Of a stretch of DNA of 64,000 bases, positions 8,178-17,309 are shown piece by piece. The stretch's first letter is position 1. Each line of letters begins with the position of its first letter. This stretch comes from Deltaproteobacteria bacterium. Its GTDB lineage: Bacteria; Myxococcota_A; UBA9042; DTJE01. A program made the position numbers and the translations under genes. The DNA lies in assembly GCA_029555025.1 (NCBI GenBank), contig JAKPTZ010000115.1:24898-88897 (forward strand), in the 5' to 3' direction. The notes beneath the pieces were generated by a model. It saw only the letters and a list, made by a program, of their open reading frames with translations, was not told where the DNA came from and ran no database searches.

Positions 8178-10610
8178 TCAGGTCGTTTTCCGCTTTCCGG
8201 CCTTTCCAGGTCGGTCCCGTTCGGGCTTTTCCTTCTCGCTCATCGCCTTGACCGCAGCGTCGGTCGCGGCGAAAACCGAACCTTTTTCCCAGGTTCCGTC
8301 TTCCTGCCTGGTTCCGGCCGGCAAGCCGGTCATGATTTCGACCACTTCCTCGATGCGGCGAGCCGCCCAGATGTTGAAGCGTCGTTTCCTGACGGCCTCC
8401 TCGACCTCCGGTTCCAGAACCAGGTTGCGCTGGTTCGCGGCAGGAATGATCACACCCTGGCGTCCGGTCAGTCCGCGTTCACTGCAAATCTTGAAAAAGC
8501 CCTCGATCTTCTCGTTGACGCCACCGACCGCCTGCACGTCTCCGGTCTGGTTCAGGCTTCCGGTGACGGCGACGTCCTGCCTCAGCGGAATCCGGGAAAG
8601 CGAGGACAGAACCGCGCAGAATTCCGCGCATGAAGCCGAGTCCCCGTCGATGCGTCCGTACGACTGTTCGACCGTCAGGCTGACCGTGATGCCGGGAACG
8701 CGATTCTTTGCGAACATGTCGCCCAGAAGGCCGGAAATGATGAGGACGGCCTTGTTGAAGGTGTTTCCGGAAAGCCTTGCCTCGCGTTCGACGTTGATGA
8801 TTCCGGCGGAACCCCGGAATGATTTGGCGGTGATCCTCAGAGGCATCCCGAAAGTCTGGTCGGCCATCTGATAAACGGCAAGTCCGTTGATGACGCCGGG
8901 AATCGCGCCCTCGGAATCGATGATGACGGTTCCGTTCAGGACCATCTCGACGCCCTTGTCCCAGGAGAGCGAAACGCGATCCTTGCGCTGGCGGCGCGCG
9001 GCGATGATGTGCCTGGCGTCGATGATTGCCGATCCTTCCTGGCGTGCCAGGTGATCCGCCTCGATCAGCAGGTTCAGAACCAGATTGAACTGAAGCGTGA
9101 GTCTGTCGGACGCGTCGGCCATCCGCATGGAGTATTCGATCACGTCCGCGACGCCGGCCGACGAAACGGGAAGCAGTCCGTCACGTTCACTGGTCGTGGC
9201 TATGAACCTTGCATATTCCTGGAGCATGTCGTCGGAAACGGCGACTTCCGAGTCGAACTCCGCCTTGATCTGGAAGGCTTTTCCAAATTCCTCGTCTGCC
9301 TCGTGCAGAAGCTGGTACAGGAAATTGCTGCCTACCAGGATTACCTTGCAGGACATCGGGATCGGATTCGGCCGGATGGTCGTGGTAGGCAGGAACTGGT
9401 AGGCCTCGCCCATCTCGGCAATCTCCAGCAGCCTTTGACGCAGCACGGTCTTCAAGGCCTCCCACGCAAACGGATACGACACCAGTTCCCGGGTATGCAG
9501 AATCAGGAATCCGCCGTTTGCCCGAAGCAGAGAGCCAGCCTTGATCATCGTGAAATCGGTTGAATAGATGCCGTTTTCAACGCGCTTCTCGATGCGCCCG
9601 ACAAGGTTGTGGTAAGTCGGGGTGTTTTCGAAGACGACCGGCGCGCCCCTGACTTCGGAGTTGTCCACCAGCAGGTTGACCTTGTATTCGGTCATTGCCG
9701 CTTCGATGAGTTGTTTGGTCATGCCGTCGTCGGAGTCCTCGGCCAGGAATCGCGGGATGTTTTCAAGAATGCTGGCCCTGACCGCCTCCAGGTGGGCTAT
9801 CACTTCCGGACAAGATGAGTATTCGGCCAGCAGGGCCTTCATCGACTCATCCATCGTTTCGGCACACAGGCGGTTGTTGGCCACCTGAACCTTCGCATGG
9901 ACAATCTGCTCCGCTTCCTTGTTCTTTTCGAAAAACGCCGCGATTGCAGGCTCGATTGCCCTGCGGTTTTCATCGATGGTCTTCTTCTGGGCGTCCGAAA
10001 GCTTCGCGTATTCCTTGTTGCTGATGGCCTCGCCGTCAACCACGGGTATGGTGACCAGGCCTTCCTTTGTCTGCTTCACCTGGAAGTTGTTCCTGCCTGC
10101 CACCTCGTCCAGCCGTTCGAAGGCCTCGTTTTCGATGGCCAGTCCCTCGTTCAGGATTTCCTGAAGCGTTTCCTGGTGTTTCTGGGTGTGAAAGGCCCTG
10201 GGCAGGTTCTTCTTCAGCGAAGAAATGAACTCGTCCATCTGACCGCGGAACTGAAGCCCCTTGCCTGCCGGCAGGCTGAAAACCCTTGGGGTTTCGGGGT
10301 GCTTGAAGTTATTGACCATGCACCAGTCGGGGGGCGTGGGCATCTGCCTGGATGCCTCATCGACAAGTCTTTTGAGAAGGCTCGACTTGCCGGTTCCGGA
10401 GGCACCTGAAACGTAGATGTTGAAGTTTCGCTTCTGGATCGAAAGGCCGAGTTCGAGAGCTTTCTGGGCCCGGGCCTGCTCAACGACCCCGACAAGCTTC
10501 TCGACGTGCCTTGTGCTCCGGAACTTGAATATGGAAGGGTTGATGTGGCGATGTACCTGCTTCCAGCCCAGGCGGCAGTCTTTTTCAGCGGACGGTTTTT
10601 TCGCGGCCAT
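8178..10610 (-). CDS. Lon-like protease (LonB/BrxL-like): N-terminal AAA+ P-loop domain plus C-terminal S16 Lon protease domain
   Basis: Walker A NIYVSGASGTGKSSLLKRL. Lon catalytic Ser in GRIDGDSASCAEF (equivalent to DGPSAG) and Lys in VGGVNEKIEGF. The putative Walker B region reads GGFLILHTRE, with no canonical hhhhDE. Confidence 0.8.
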   Translation of the reverse strand: MAAKKPSAEKDCRLGWKQVHRHINPSIFKFRSTRHVEKLVGVVEQARAQKALELGLSIQKRNFNIYVSGASGTGKSSLLKRLVDEASRQMPTPPDWCMVNNFKHPETPRVFSLPAGKGLQFRGQMDEFISSLKKNLPRAFHTQKHQETLQEILNEGLAIENEAFERLDEVAGRNNFQVKQTKEGLVTIPVVDGEAISNKEYAKLSDAQKKTIDENRRAIEPAIAAFFEKNKEAEQIVHAKVQVANNRLCAETMDESMKALLAEYSSCPEVIAHLEAVRASILENIPRFLAEDSDDGMTKQLIEAAMTEYKVNLLVDNSEVRGAPVVFENTPTYHNLVGRIEKRVENGIYSTDFTMIKAGSLLRANGGFLILHTRELVSYPFAWEALKTVLRQRLLEIAEMGEAYQFLPTTTIRPNPIPMSCKVILVGSNFLYQLLHEADEEFGKAFQIKAEFDSEVAVSDDMLQEYARFIATTSERDGLLPVSSAGVADVIEYSMRMADASDRLTLQFNLVLNLLIEADHLARQEGSAIIDARHIIAARRQRKDRVSLSWDKGVEMVLNGTVIIDSEGAIPGVINGLAVYQMADQTFGMPLRITAKSFRGSAGIINVEREARLSGNTFNKAVLIISGLLGDMFAKNRVPGITVSLTVEQSYGRIDGDSASCAEFCAVLSSLSRIPLRQDVAVTGSLNQTGDVQAVGGVNEKIEGFFKICSERGLTGRQGVIIPAANQRNLVLEPEVEEAVRKRRFNIWAARRIEEVVEIMTGLPAGTRQEDGTWEKGSVFAATDAAVKAMSEKEKPERDRPGKAGKRKTT

Positions 10611-10692
10611 CGTCTGGCTCCAGAACGGTTTCGCGAAAGCCTATCACGATTGACGGAAAGCGGGGGACTCTCAAAGTTTGCCTTCCGGGGGA

Positions 10693-12318
10693 TCACCTTG
10701 CGGAGCCCTGACGGAGTTCAGGTGGAAGGTATCGCGAAAAGGCCCCGGCACCGGAGTTGGAACCGAAGCTTGCCCCCGATTCCAGCCCGCTTCCGGCGGT
10801 GGCCTTGACAGCGACCCCGCCGCGGGAGGCGTCGGTGACCGTCCAGTTCCTGCCGCCGATGATGACGTCGGCACCGGCGGCCGTCCTGGCCGACACCATG
10901 CCGACGGTGCGCCCTGTCCCCGCATCCACGACTTTGATCGAGGCGGAGTCGGCGATATTGGAGTGTATGCGTCCCCGTTCGCCCATGTCCATCAATCTTG
11001 ACGAGGCCCGAAGCACTTCGCCGGCGCTTTCGTCCAGGAAGCCTTCGGTACGCAGGTGATCGACGATCGCGTCGATGACCGGGCCAGGTGCGACGGGGTC
11101 AAGGATTCTTCGGATCGTGGCGCGTCGAAGTCCCTTTCTGTTTTCAAACAGAAGGGAAAATATCTGCTGAACCGCGACCGACAGGTCTGGCAGCCTTTCT
11201 GACTGCGGGAATGCCTGTTCGACGACGTCATTCATCAGCATCGCGAATCTTCCTTCATCCCCCGGTCCGTCCGGAACGAATATGGCCCTCATGCCGTCGC
11301 GCCGCCTGCAACCGCGGCCGACCCTCTGCTGGAGCGATGCGACCGTTTCGGGCGCTCCGAACAGAACGACTGCATCGACGTCACCGATATCGACCCCGAG
11401 TTCCATGGTGGATGTCGAGACCAGGATGCCTGCCTCGAAGTACCTGAAAGCCTTTTCAACGTCCTCGCGTTCCCGGCGGGCGAGGCTGGCGTGGTGCACC
11501 ATGACTCTCTCGGCCGGCCACGGGCCCGTCCTGAGCACCAGGGCCGCGGTTTCCTCGGTCTTCTTCCTGGTGTTGCAGAATATTATGGCCTTCGTGAGCC
11601 GTTCCGAACGCAGAAGCGCGAGTGCGGACGGGATGTCGGGGGACACCGTGGCATCCAGAGGCCTTCTTCTGTCATCCCGAACGACCTCGGGCCTTTCACC
11701 GAAAAGTCGCGTTCCCAGGCCGGCGGGATCCCCGACGGTCGCCGTTACGGCAATCAGCCGGGGCCTGGCCGCCGACCGTTTCATCTGAATCCGTCGAATC
11801 AGTATCCGCAACTGGTCGCCGCGCGCGGTACCGTCCATCAGGTGCGCCTCGTCGATGACGATCGCGTGAAGGTTGTCGAAAGCCGCCGGATGGCGGCAAA
11901 GCAGCGAATCGAAAGACTCCGGCGTCGTAATCAGGAGGTCGGTGTGATCCCTTCCAACCGGTGAAGGGCGGTCGCCGGTCCTGACCCGGCTGCTCATCTT
12001 CATTGCCGCGGCCGGCTCGCGAACGCGGTTTTCGATGTCGTTAGCCAGCGCCCTGGTGGGAACGATGTACAGAATGCCAACCTGCGGACGGGGATCTTCA
12101 ATGGCGGCCATTTCCTCGAAAAGCGGGGCGAGCACGGCCTCGGTCTTGCCGGAAGCGGCGGGCGCGACAACGACGGCATCCCGCCCCGAGGCAATGACCG
12201 GAATCGCAAGTTCCTGGATCCCGGTAAGGTTGCCGAAGCGGGCCAGAAATGCCGGAAACGCGCGCGGAAGGGATCTGGCGGCATCCATCCGGCTGAATCT
12301 GTCGATGCCCGGTTTCAA
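10693..12318 (-). CDS. Lhr-like (BrxHI-like) DEAD/DEAH-box superfamily-2 helicase
   Basis: Motif I VAPAASGKTEA, motif II VIDEAHLM, motif VI QRVGRGCRR. 541 aa, so shorter than canonical Lhr. ATGA start/stop overlap with the upstream ATPase gene. Confidence 0.8.
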   Translation of the reverse strand: MKPGIDRFSRMDAARSLPRAFPAFLARFGNLTGIQELAIPVIASGRDAVVVAPAASGKTEAVLAPLFEEMAAIEDPRPQVGILYIVPTRALANDIENRVREPAAAMKMSSRVRTGDRPSPVGRDHTDLLITTPESFDSLLCRHPAAFDNLHAIVIDEAHLMDGTARGDQLRILIRRIQMKRSAARPRLIAVTATVGDPAGLGTRLFGERPEVVRDDRRRPLDATVSPDIPSALALLRSERLTKAIIFCNTRKKTEETAALVLRTGPWPAERVMVHHASLARREREDVEKAFRYFEAGILVSTSTMELGVDIGDVDAVVLFGAPETVASLQQRVGRGCRRRDGMRAIFVPDGPGDEGRFAMLMNDVVEQAFPQSERLPDLSVAVQQIFSLLFENRKGLRRATIRRILDPVAPGPVIDAIVDHLRTEGFLDESAGEVLRASSRLMDMGERGRIHSNIADSASIKVVDAGTGRTVGMVSARTAAGADVIIGGRNWTVTDASRGGVAVKATAGSGLESGASFGSNSGAGAFSRYLPPELRQGSAR

Positions 12319-13811
12319 ATCGCGTCGCCTTCGCCACCGGAAACGACCATCTGTTCCACGTCGCCATCGGGATAGAAGCGGACGTAGTCGAGGGCTTCGA
12401 TCACGGACTTGATGAACGTTCTGGTCGATTGTATCCGGTCGGCCGTGTACAGCAGCCTGAACAGCCTGTCCTGGCGCTTCTTCTCCAGTTTCACGCCGTA
12501 CGTGGTGTCATAAGTGCGGCATATCCTGCGGAAAAGCTCGCGAAGCTGATCCATTGAAAGGACATCGACCTGGACCCTTGTAATCGTTTCCCTGGTCCGG
12601 CTGAATTCATCCTGGAGCGTGCCCGGAGTAAGCGCGAACGCGACCTTCAGGGCACCGGGAATTCCGGTGGTGTATCTGACGGGGTGATGTGCCGAGTATA
12701 TCAGGCCGGATACCGCGCCCTGGATTGTTTCGGCTCGAATGAGTTCCTCGTCCATGAGTACGTCGTCATCGTTGGCTGTAAGGACAAGCCCGCGGAAGAA
12801 GTTCATTCCGCGCTGGGCCTGGTATCGGTACATTACGCTTCCGGCCACTTCCGCCTCGTCCAGAAGAACCAGCAGGCCCATCATTCCAAGGACTTCCGAT
12901 GCTGCCCTGGCAGTTGCCGAAAGTATGTTGCAGTAGATGTTGGCACAGGTCGAGTAATCGTAAAGCGTCTTCTTGCGCCCGATCCGGCCTTCCCCGCGGG
13001 CTTCGATGAAGTCCCATTCTTCCTCGGTAAGTCCTGGCCTTTCGTGCGGCTCCTCCTCCTGGAGCCGCTCCAGGACGCTTGCAAAAAGCCAGTGGTCGCC
13101 AAGGACATCCCGCCAGCCCGGCCGGGACGCCACTTCACGCCAGAATCCACGGAAGTTCAACACCCGGTCATCAACGACGGCCTTGAATCCGGTGACCAGA
13201 TGCCGGTAAGCCTTCTTGGGAAAAGCTGCCGATGCCTCGGATGGATCGAAACCCGCCATGGCGACCGCGTAGCCCAGTTGCTCCGCTTCGCCCGCCAGGA
13301 ATCGCAGCAGGTGGCTCTTGCCCGCGCCGTAGGCCCCTTCCACCAGGGCTGCGCCCTCGGCATGGTCGTGAAGGAATTCCATCAGTTGCCCGACTTCATC
13401 CTTGCGCCCGACCGTCCACTCCCCGATCGATGAAGATGGCACGATCCCAAGCCTGAAGGCCTCTATAGCCATGCTTGCACTGACCGGCCGGTTTTCCGGC
13501 AGCATTCGATACACCGGAGCCCGATGTTTCCTGGCTCCTGCAGGTTCCTCGCTCGCTGGAGCCTGTCCCCCAAGCAGGCGGAGGATTGCGTCAAGGGATG
13601 TGCTGGAGGGTGCCGTCGATCGAACAGCCGGAGCCTCGTCTTCGACGAGCTTCAGCCCTTCACCGGCACGGACAAGTTCCCGCGCCGGGATCCACAGGCT
13701 GTAAACCCCGAAGTTGACACGGAATTCAAATCCGCCAATCCGTGAACCAAGCACCGTGCCGTCGCCATATGTGGCATGCGTCACGGCATCGCCCTTTTCG
13801 AACCTATTCAT
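12315..13811 (-). CDS. BrxD/DUF2791-like P-loop ATPase with an N-terminal UvrD/PcrA-C-terminal-like Tudor motif
   Basis: Walker A GAYGAGKSHLLRFL and Walker B LLVLLDEAE. The N-terminus reads MNRFEKGDAVTHATYGDGTVLG, the G-D-x-V-x-H-x-x-(F/Y)-G-x-G-x-V motif of the UvrD/PcrA C-terminal Tudor-like domain. Paralogous to the next gene. The start is ambiguous: ATG at 13811 (2 nt after the upstream stop) or 13832. Confidence 0.7.
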   Translation of the reverse strand: MNRFEKGDAVTHATYGDGTVLGSRIGGFEFRVNFGVYSLWIPARELVRAGEGLKLVEDEAPAVRSTAPSSTSLDAILRLLGGQAPASEEPAGARKHRAPVYRMLPENRPVSASMAIEAFRLGIVPSSSIGEWTVGRKDEVGQLMEFLHDHAEGAALVEGAYGAGKSHLLRFLAGEAEQLGYAVAMAGFDPSEASAAFPKKAYRHLVTGFKAVVDDRVLNFRGFWREVASRPGWRDVLGDHWLFASVLERLQEEEPHERPGLTEEEWDFIEARGEGRIGRKKTLYDYSTCANIYCNILSATARAASEVLGMMGLLVLLDEAEVAGSVMYRYQAQRGMNFFRGLVLTANDDDVLMDEELIRAETIQGAVSGLIYSAHHPVRYTTGIPGALKVAFALTPGTLQDEFSRTRETITRVQVDVLSMDQLRELFRRICRTYDTTYGVKLEKKRQDRLFRLLYTADRIQSTRTFIKSVIEALDYVRFYPDGDVEQMVVSGGEGDAI

Positions 13812-15093
13812 AGATATCGTCCGGGTCGGCATCTTCGCCGGGCGAAAGCATTCGCGTGGCGAATTCCTCGTCGATCACGGTGTCCGGTTCGAACCGCAGC
13901 GCGTGCATTGCCCGCACGACGGCCTGGACGAACATTCTCTTGTACCCTATGTCGCCAAAGGCGCGTTCGGCGGTCGCATCCGCGAGAACCCTTACCAGAT
14001 TGCGGGTCTGATCGGCCGGCATGCGGAACTGGTAGGCGTTTTCATAGACGCCGCACAGTTTTCTTCCGATGTCGTTCATCAAGGTCTTCGGATCCCTTGC
14101 GATTCGATCAAGCCGGACTTTGACGCCGGTGGGGTTCGTGTAGTCGAATACCGTCTGAATTCTCTGGCGAAGCGCTTCGTAAGCCGGAGATCGGCCCTCG
14201 GTCAGGAACTGCTCGTTTGGAATGGCATAAAAGACCATCGTGTTCGCGAACGAGGAAGCCCCGCACTGATCAACCATCTCGCGCAGGTTGGCCAGCATCA
14301 GTTCCTTCTGCTTGGAAGTCATCGAGCCGGCCTGTTCGGCCTCGTCGAACAGGATGATGATGCCGCCGAAGCGCAGGTTCCGAACCCACGTCACCAGTGA
14401 TCTGATCGTGGCGAACGCCTGGGATCTGTCAATCGGCTGCAGAACCCCTCCAGCCTTGTGCGACAGCCGATCCCAGCCATCGACGGTAAGGTACTGCAGC
14501 ATTGCGTCGAACTGATCCTGGTCATTGCGGGTCAACGCTTCAATGGCAAGTCGGACGGCCTTCCCGAAATTCGGGTTTTCGCAGCCACGAACCGAATCGG
14601 CCGCAATTGCCCTGATGCGATCTTCCAGTTGTTCGCCGGCGATGCCTTCCTCTTCGGCGATGGCGGTCTTCATGTCGTGATAGACCGCCTTGATGAAGGC
14701 GCCGAGCCCGCGCTCCCCGCCGGTCAGGAGTTCATCCGGCGTCAGTGGACGCATCAGGTTGACCGCGATGGACTTGTAAACCATGTCCAGGCGGTGGAAC
14801 GGCGACGATTCCGCCGAAAGCGGGCAGTATGTGACCAGGTAGTCATGACGCCAGGCAAGCTCGCGGACGCTGTACAGGAAGTGTGTCTTGCCGCCGCCAT
14901 ACGTTCCGACGACGACTTTGAACGACGACCCGCCTTCGCGGACGAATGACTTGAGGTAATCGTCCTCGATCACCTTCAGGTACCCGTCAAGGCCCGAGGA
15001 AAAGAACTGGAAACCCCATTCGGGCGGGGTTCCGGACGAACCGACCACTTCGATAATGTGGCGGGCCTGCCTGGCGGTCAGGTTGTCAACCAT
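13804..15093 (-). CDS. BrxD/DUF2791-like P-loop ATPase (paralog)
   Basis: Walker A VVVGTYGGGKTHFLYSV and Walker B IIILFDEAEQ. Starts MVDNLTARQARHIIEVVGSSG. The ATG at 15093 has a GGGAG RBS. The longer ORF to 15243 would overlap the upstream gene by 118 nt. Confidence 0.7.
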   Translation of the reverse strand: MVDNLTARQARHIIEVVGSSGTPPEWGFQFFSSGLDGYLKVIEDDYLKSFVREGGSSFKVVVGTYGGGKTHFLYSVRELAWRHDYLVTYCPLSAESSPFHRLDMVYKSIAVNLMRPLTPDELLTGGERGLGAFIKAVYHDMKTAIAEEEGIAGEQLEDRIRAIAADSVRGCENPNFGKAVRLAIEALTRNDQDQFDAMLQYLTVDGWDRLSHKAGGVLQPIDRSQAFATIRSLVTWVRNLRFGGIIILFDEAEQAGSMTSKQKELMLANLREMVDQCGASSFANTMVFYAIPNEQFLTEGRSPAYEALRQRIQTVFDYTNPTGVKVRLDRIARDPKTLMNDIGRKLCGVYENAYQFRMPADQTRNLVRVLADATAERAFGDIGYKRMFVQAVVRAMHALRFEPDTVIDEEFATRMLSPGEDADPDDIYE

Positions 15094-15124
15094 CTGAAAT
15101 CTCCCGTTCCTGAGTCGTCCAAAC

Positions 15125-15988
15125 TCAGGCAGTAACCTTAACAAACCGGAGCGTTGCGAAGTTAACGCCCTCAAGGATTCCAGGTCTCGGCACCCAGAGG
15201 TGATCCCCGGCATTCCTTGTCTGGGACATCGTCGCCACGTCAAGCCTCAGTTCCATTCCCCGGATGATCCGGTTTCTGAGCCTTGACAGATCCGCCGCGA
15301 ATTCCACCCTTCCGTACGACCTGAAGGTCTCCTTTCGCGGATCAATCAGGAAGGCCGGCTTCTGGCGCATAAAGGCGATTTCCGGGATCAGCGACGTGAC
15401 CGGCACGCGGCCCCCGGACTCGGCACCGGTGCGTATCACGGCCAGCCGGTAAGCCTTTTCAAGTTCGGCAAGGAAAGCCGGCTCGTCGAAAGAATCCGGA
15501 AAGAGCCTGCCGTTCTGTTCCCGGATCTGCGCGCAGATGTCTTCGGGATCCAGAGAAGCCGCCGCCAGCCTGTATTTGCCGGGTCCAAGCCATATGGTGC
15601 ACAGGCCCTTTGAACCGAATGTGAATTCCAGCGAGAAAGGCCCGGCCGTCAGCGTGGGAAGGTTTCCGGACACCTTGAAGTCTTCTTCGTTCAGGCGTTT
15701 TGCGACCGCTCCCGCAAGCAGCGCCTTCTCGCGATCAAGGCGGCTGCGGGATTCCGACAGCGTCGCCGCAATCGCCGCCTTCATTGCCGCGGCGCCCGTT
15801 TCCAGCCCGGCGATGTCCCCGATTGCCCGCAACGCCCTTTCGGCCATGTCGATTGATGATGCCAGGTTCCCCTTGCGGTGTTCCCTGGAGAATTCCTCAA
15901 CCGACTTTCCGGCGTTGGCGGCAGCCTTGATGGCCTTCAGGAACGTCTTGACCTGTTCTTCCATGGGCTTCCCCCGGGGTTGCTTCAT
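15125..15988 (-). CDS. Hypothetical protein (287 aa), first gene of the ATPase/helicase/protease operon
   Basis: Long ORF on the coding strand of the operon. No motif recognised. A 31-nt gap separates it from the downstream ATPase. Confidence 0.5.
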   Translation of the reverse strand: MKQPRGKPMEEQVKTFLKAIKAAANAGKSVEEFSREHRKGNLASSIDMAERALRAIGDIAGLETGAAAMKAAIAATLSESRSRLDREKALLAGAVAKRLNEEDFKVSGNLPTLTAGPFSLEFTFGSKGLCTIWLGPGKYRLAAASLDPEDICAQIREQNGRLFPDSFDEPAFLAELEKAYRLAVIRTGAESGGRVPVTSLIPEIAFMRQKPAFLIDPRKETFRSYGRVEFAADLSRLRNRIIRGMELRLDVATMSQTRNAGDHLWVPRPGILEGVNFATLRFVKVTA

Positions 15989-16074
15989 CCGATCCGGGTC
16001 GCCCCGGCCGCGCAGTATTATAAGGCCAAATCAATTTATGGCGATTGAAAGCGTGTAACCTGTCGGGAACTTCG

Positions 16075-17076
16075 TCAGCGCGCGGCCTCGCGGGACAGGA
16101 GGTCTTTCCATTGATCACCGAAGAGTCCATCCAGCATCCTGCGGAAATCGCCCGGAAGCGGGGCGGTGATATCCATCTGTTGTCCGGTGACGGGGTGGGC
16201 GAAGCGAATGTTCCAGGCATGAAGGGCATGACGCTTGATCATTTCCAGGGCGGCCACCTCGGATTCGGGGCGGCTTCCCCTGCGGGGCCATCCGCGGCCA
16301 TAGACGCGATCGCCGACAATCGGGTGCCCGGCCTCGGACAGGTGAACCCTTATTTGATGTGTTCTTCCGGTCATCGGTTTGGCCGCCACGAGCGCGCACA
16401 GGTTGGCGCGCATAAGCGTCCGGTATCCGGTCACCGCGTCGCGGCCGTCGCGCACGCGCCCGGTGAACTGGCGTCTGTCCCCGGTTCGTCTGCCGAAGGA
16501 TGTCTCGATGAGTCCCTGGTCGTCGATGCCTGGTCCAAGCACCACGGCCAGGTACGTCTTGTTGATTGTGCGCTCGCGGAACATGTCCCCGAGAAGTTCG
16601 TGTGTGTGATTGTCCCTTGCGACGATCATCACGCCCGAAGTGTCCTTGTCCAGCCGGTGTACTATTCCCGGCCTGTCCGGTCCGCCGAAGTTCGAAAATG
16701 TGCGGCCGGACGCCAGGAGCTGGTTCACAAGTGTTCCCGAGCCGTGTCCCGCGCCCGGGTGAACGACCAGTCCGGCCCGCTTGTTGATCACCATCAGGAA
16801 TTCATCCTCGAAAAGGATTTCCAGTTCCGGGCCACCGTGTTCGGGAGCGGGACCGGCATGGTCGGACGGCGGCGGCGGAGTCAGTTCCACCTGCATTCCG
16901 GCTGCAAGCCTGAAGCCTGCCGGTCGTTGCCTTCCGTTGACCAGCGCCGCCCCGTTCTTGATCAATTTCTGGGCGAGCGACCTGGAGATGGCGGGGAATC
17001 TGGCCGCGATGACCATGTCAAGCCTTGCGCCGTTTTCGTGATCCCCCGTTTCAAATCGCAGCAGATCTTCTTTCAT
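16075..17076 (-). CDS. rluD: RluA-family 23S rRNA pseudouridine synthase (RluD-like)
   Basis: N-terminal S4 domain (RLDMVIAARFPAISRSLAQKLIKNGAALVNG) and the catalytic HRLDKDTSGVMIVA motif. Confidence 0.85.
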   Translation of the reverse strand: MKEDLLRFETGDHENGARLDMVIAARFPAISRSLAQKLIKNGAALVNGRQRPAGFRLAAGMQVELTPPPPSDHAGPAPEHGGPELEILFEDEFLMVINKRAGLVVHPGAGHGSGTLVNQLLASGRTFSNFGGPDRPGIVHRLDKDTSGVMIVARDNHTHELLGDMFRERTINKTYLAVVLGPGIDDQGLIETSFGRRTGDRRQFTGRVRDGRDAVTGYRTLMRANLCALVAAKPMTGRTHQIRVHLSEAGHPIVGDRVYGRGWPRRGSRPESEVAALEMIKRHALHAWNIRFAHPVTGQQMDITAPLPGDFRRMLDGLFGDQWKDLLSREAAR

Positions 17077-17309
17077 CGGCCAAATCCGGGTTGTCCATTT
17101 TCGGACAAGTGAAAAAGTACGTCGCGGATTGTAACATGGATCCGTCCGGGCCGGGCCGGACGCCTTCGCGCGCCATGCCGTCAGCCAGAGTGCCGGCCCT
17201 TGTCTGGCGGCGCGTTTCGGGCGATCATGCCGGCTGAAGCGGTCTGAATGTTGTGCGGGGATTGTCTGCCGGGCGTCGCAAGTCGATCGCCGGGCATCGG
17301 AGATTCCAG

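Noticed and set aside
16045-17112. 355-aa plus-strand ORF antisense to rluD
   Set aside because: rluD on the minus strand has the S4 domain and the HRLDKDTSG catalytic motif. The plus-strand frame lacks any recognisable feature.
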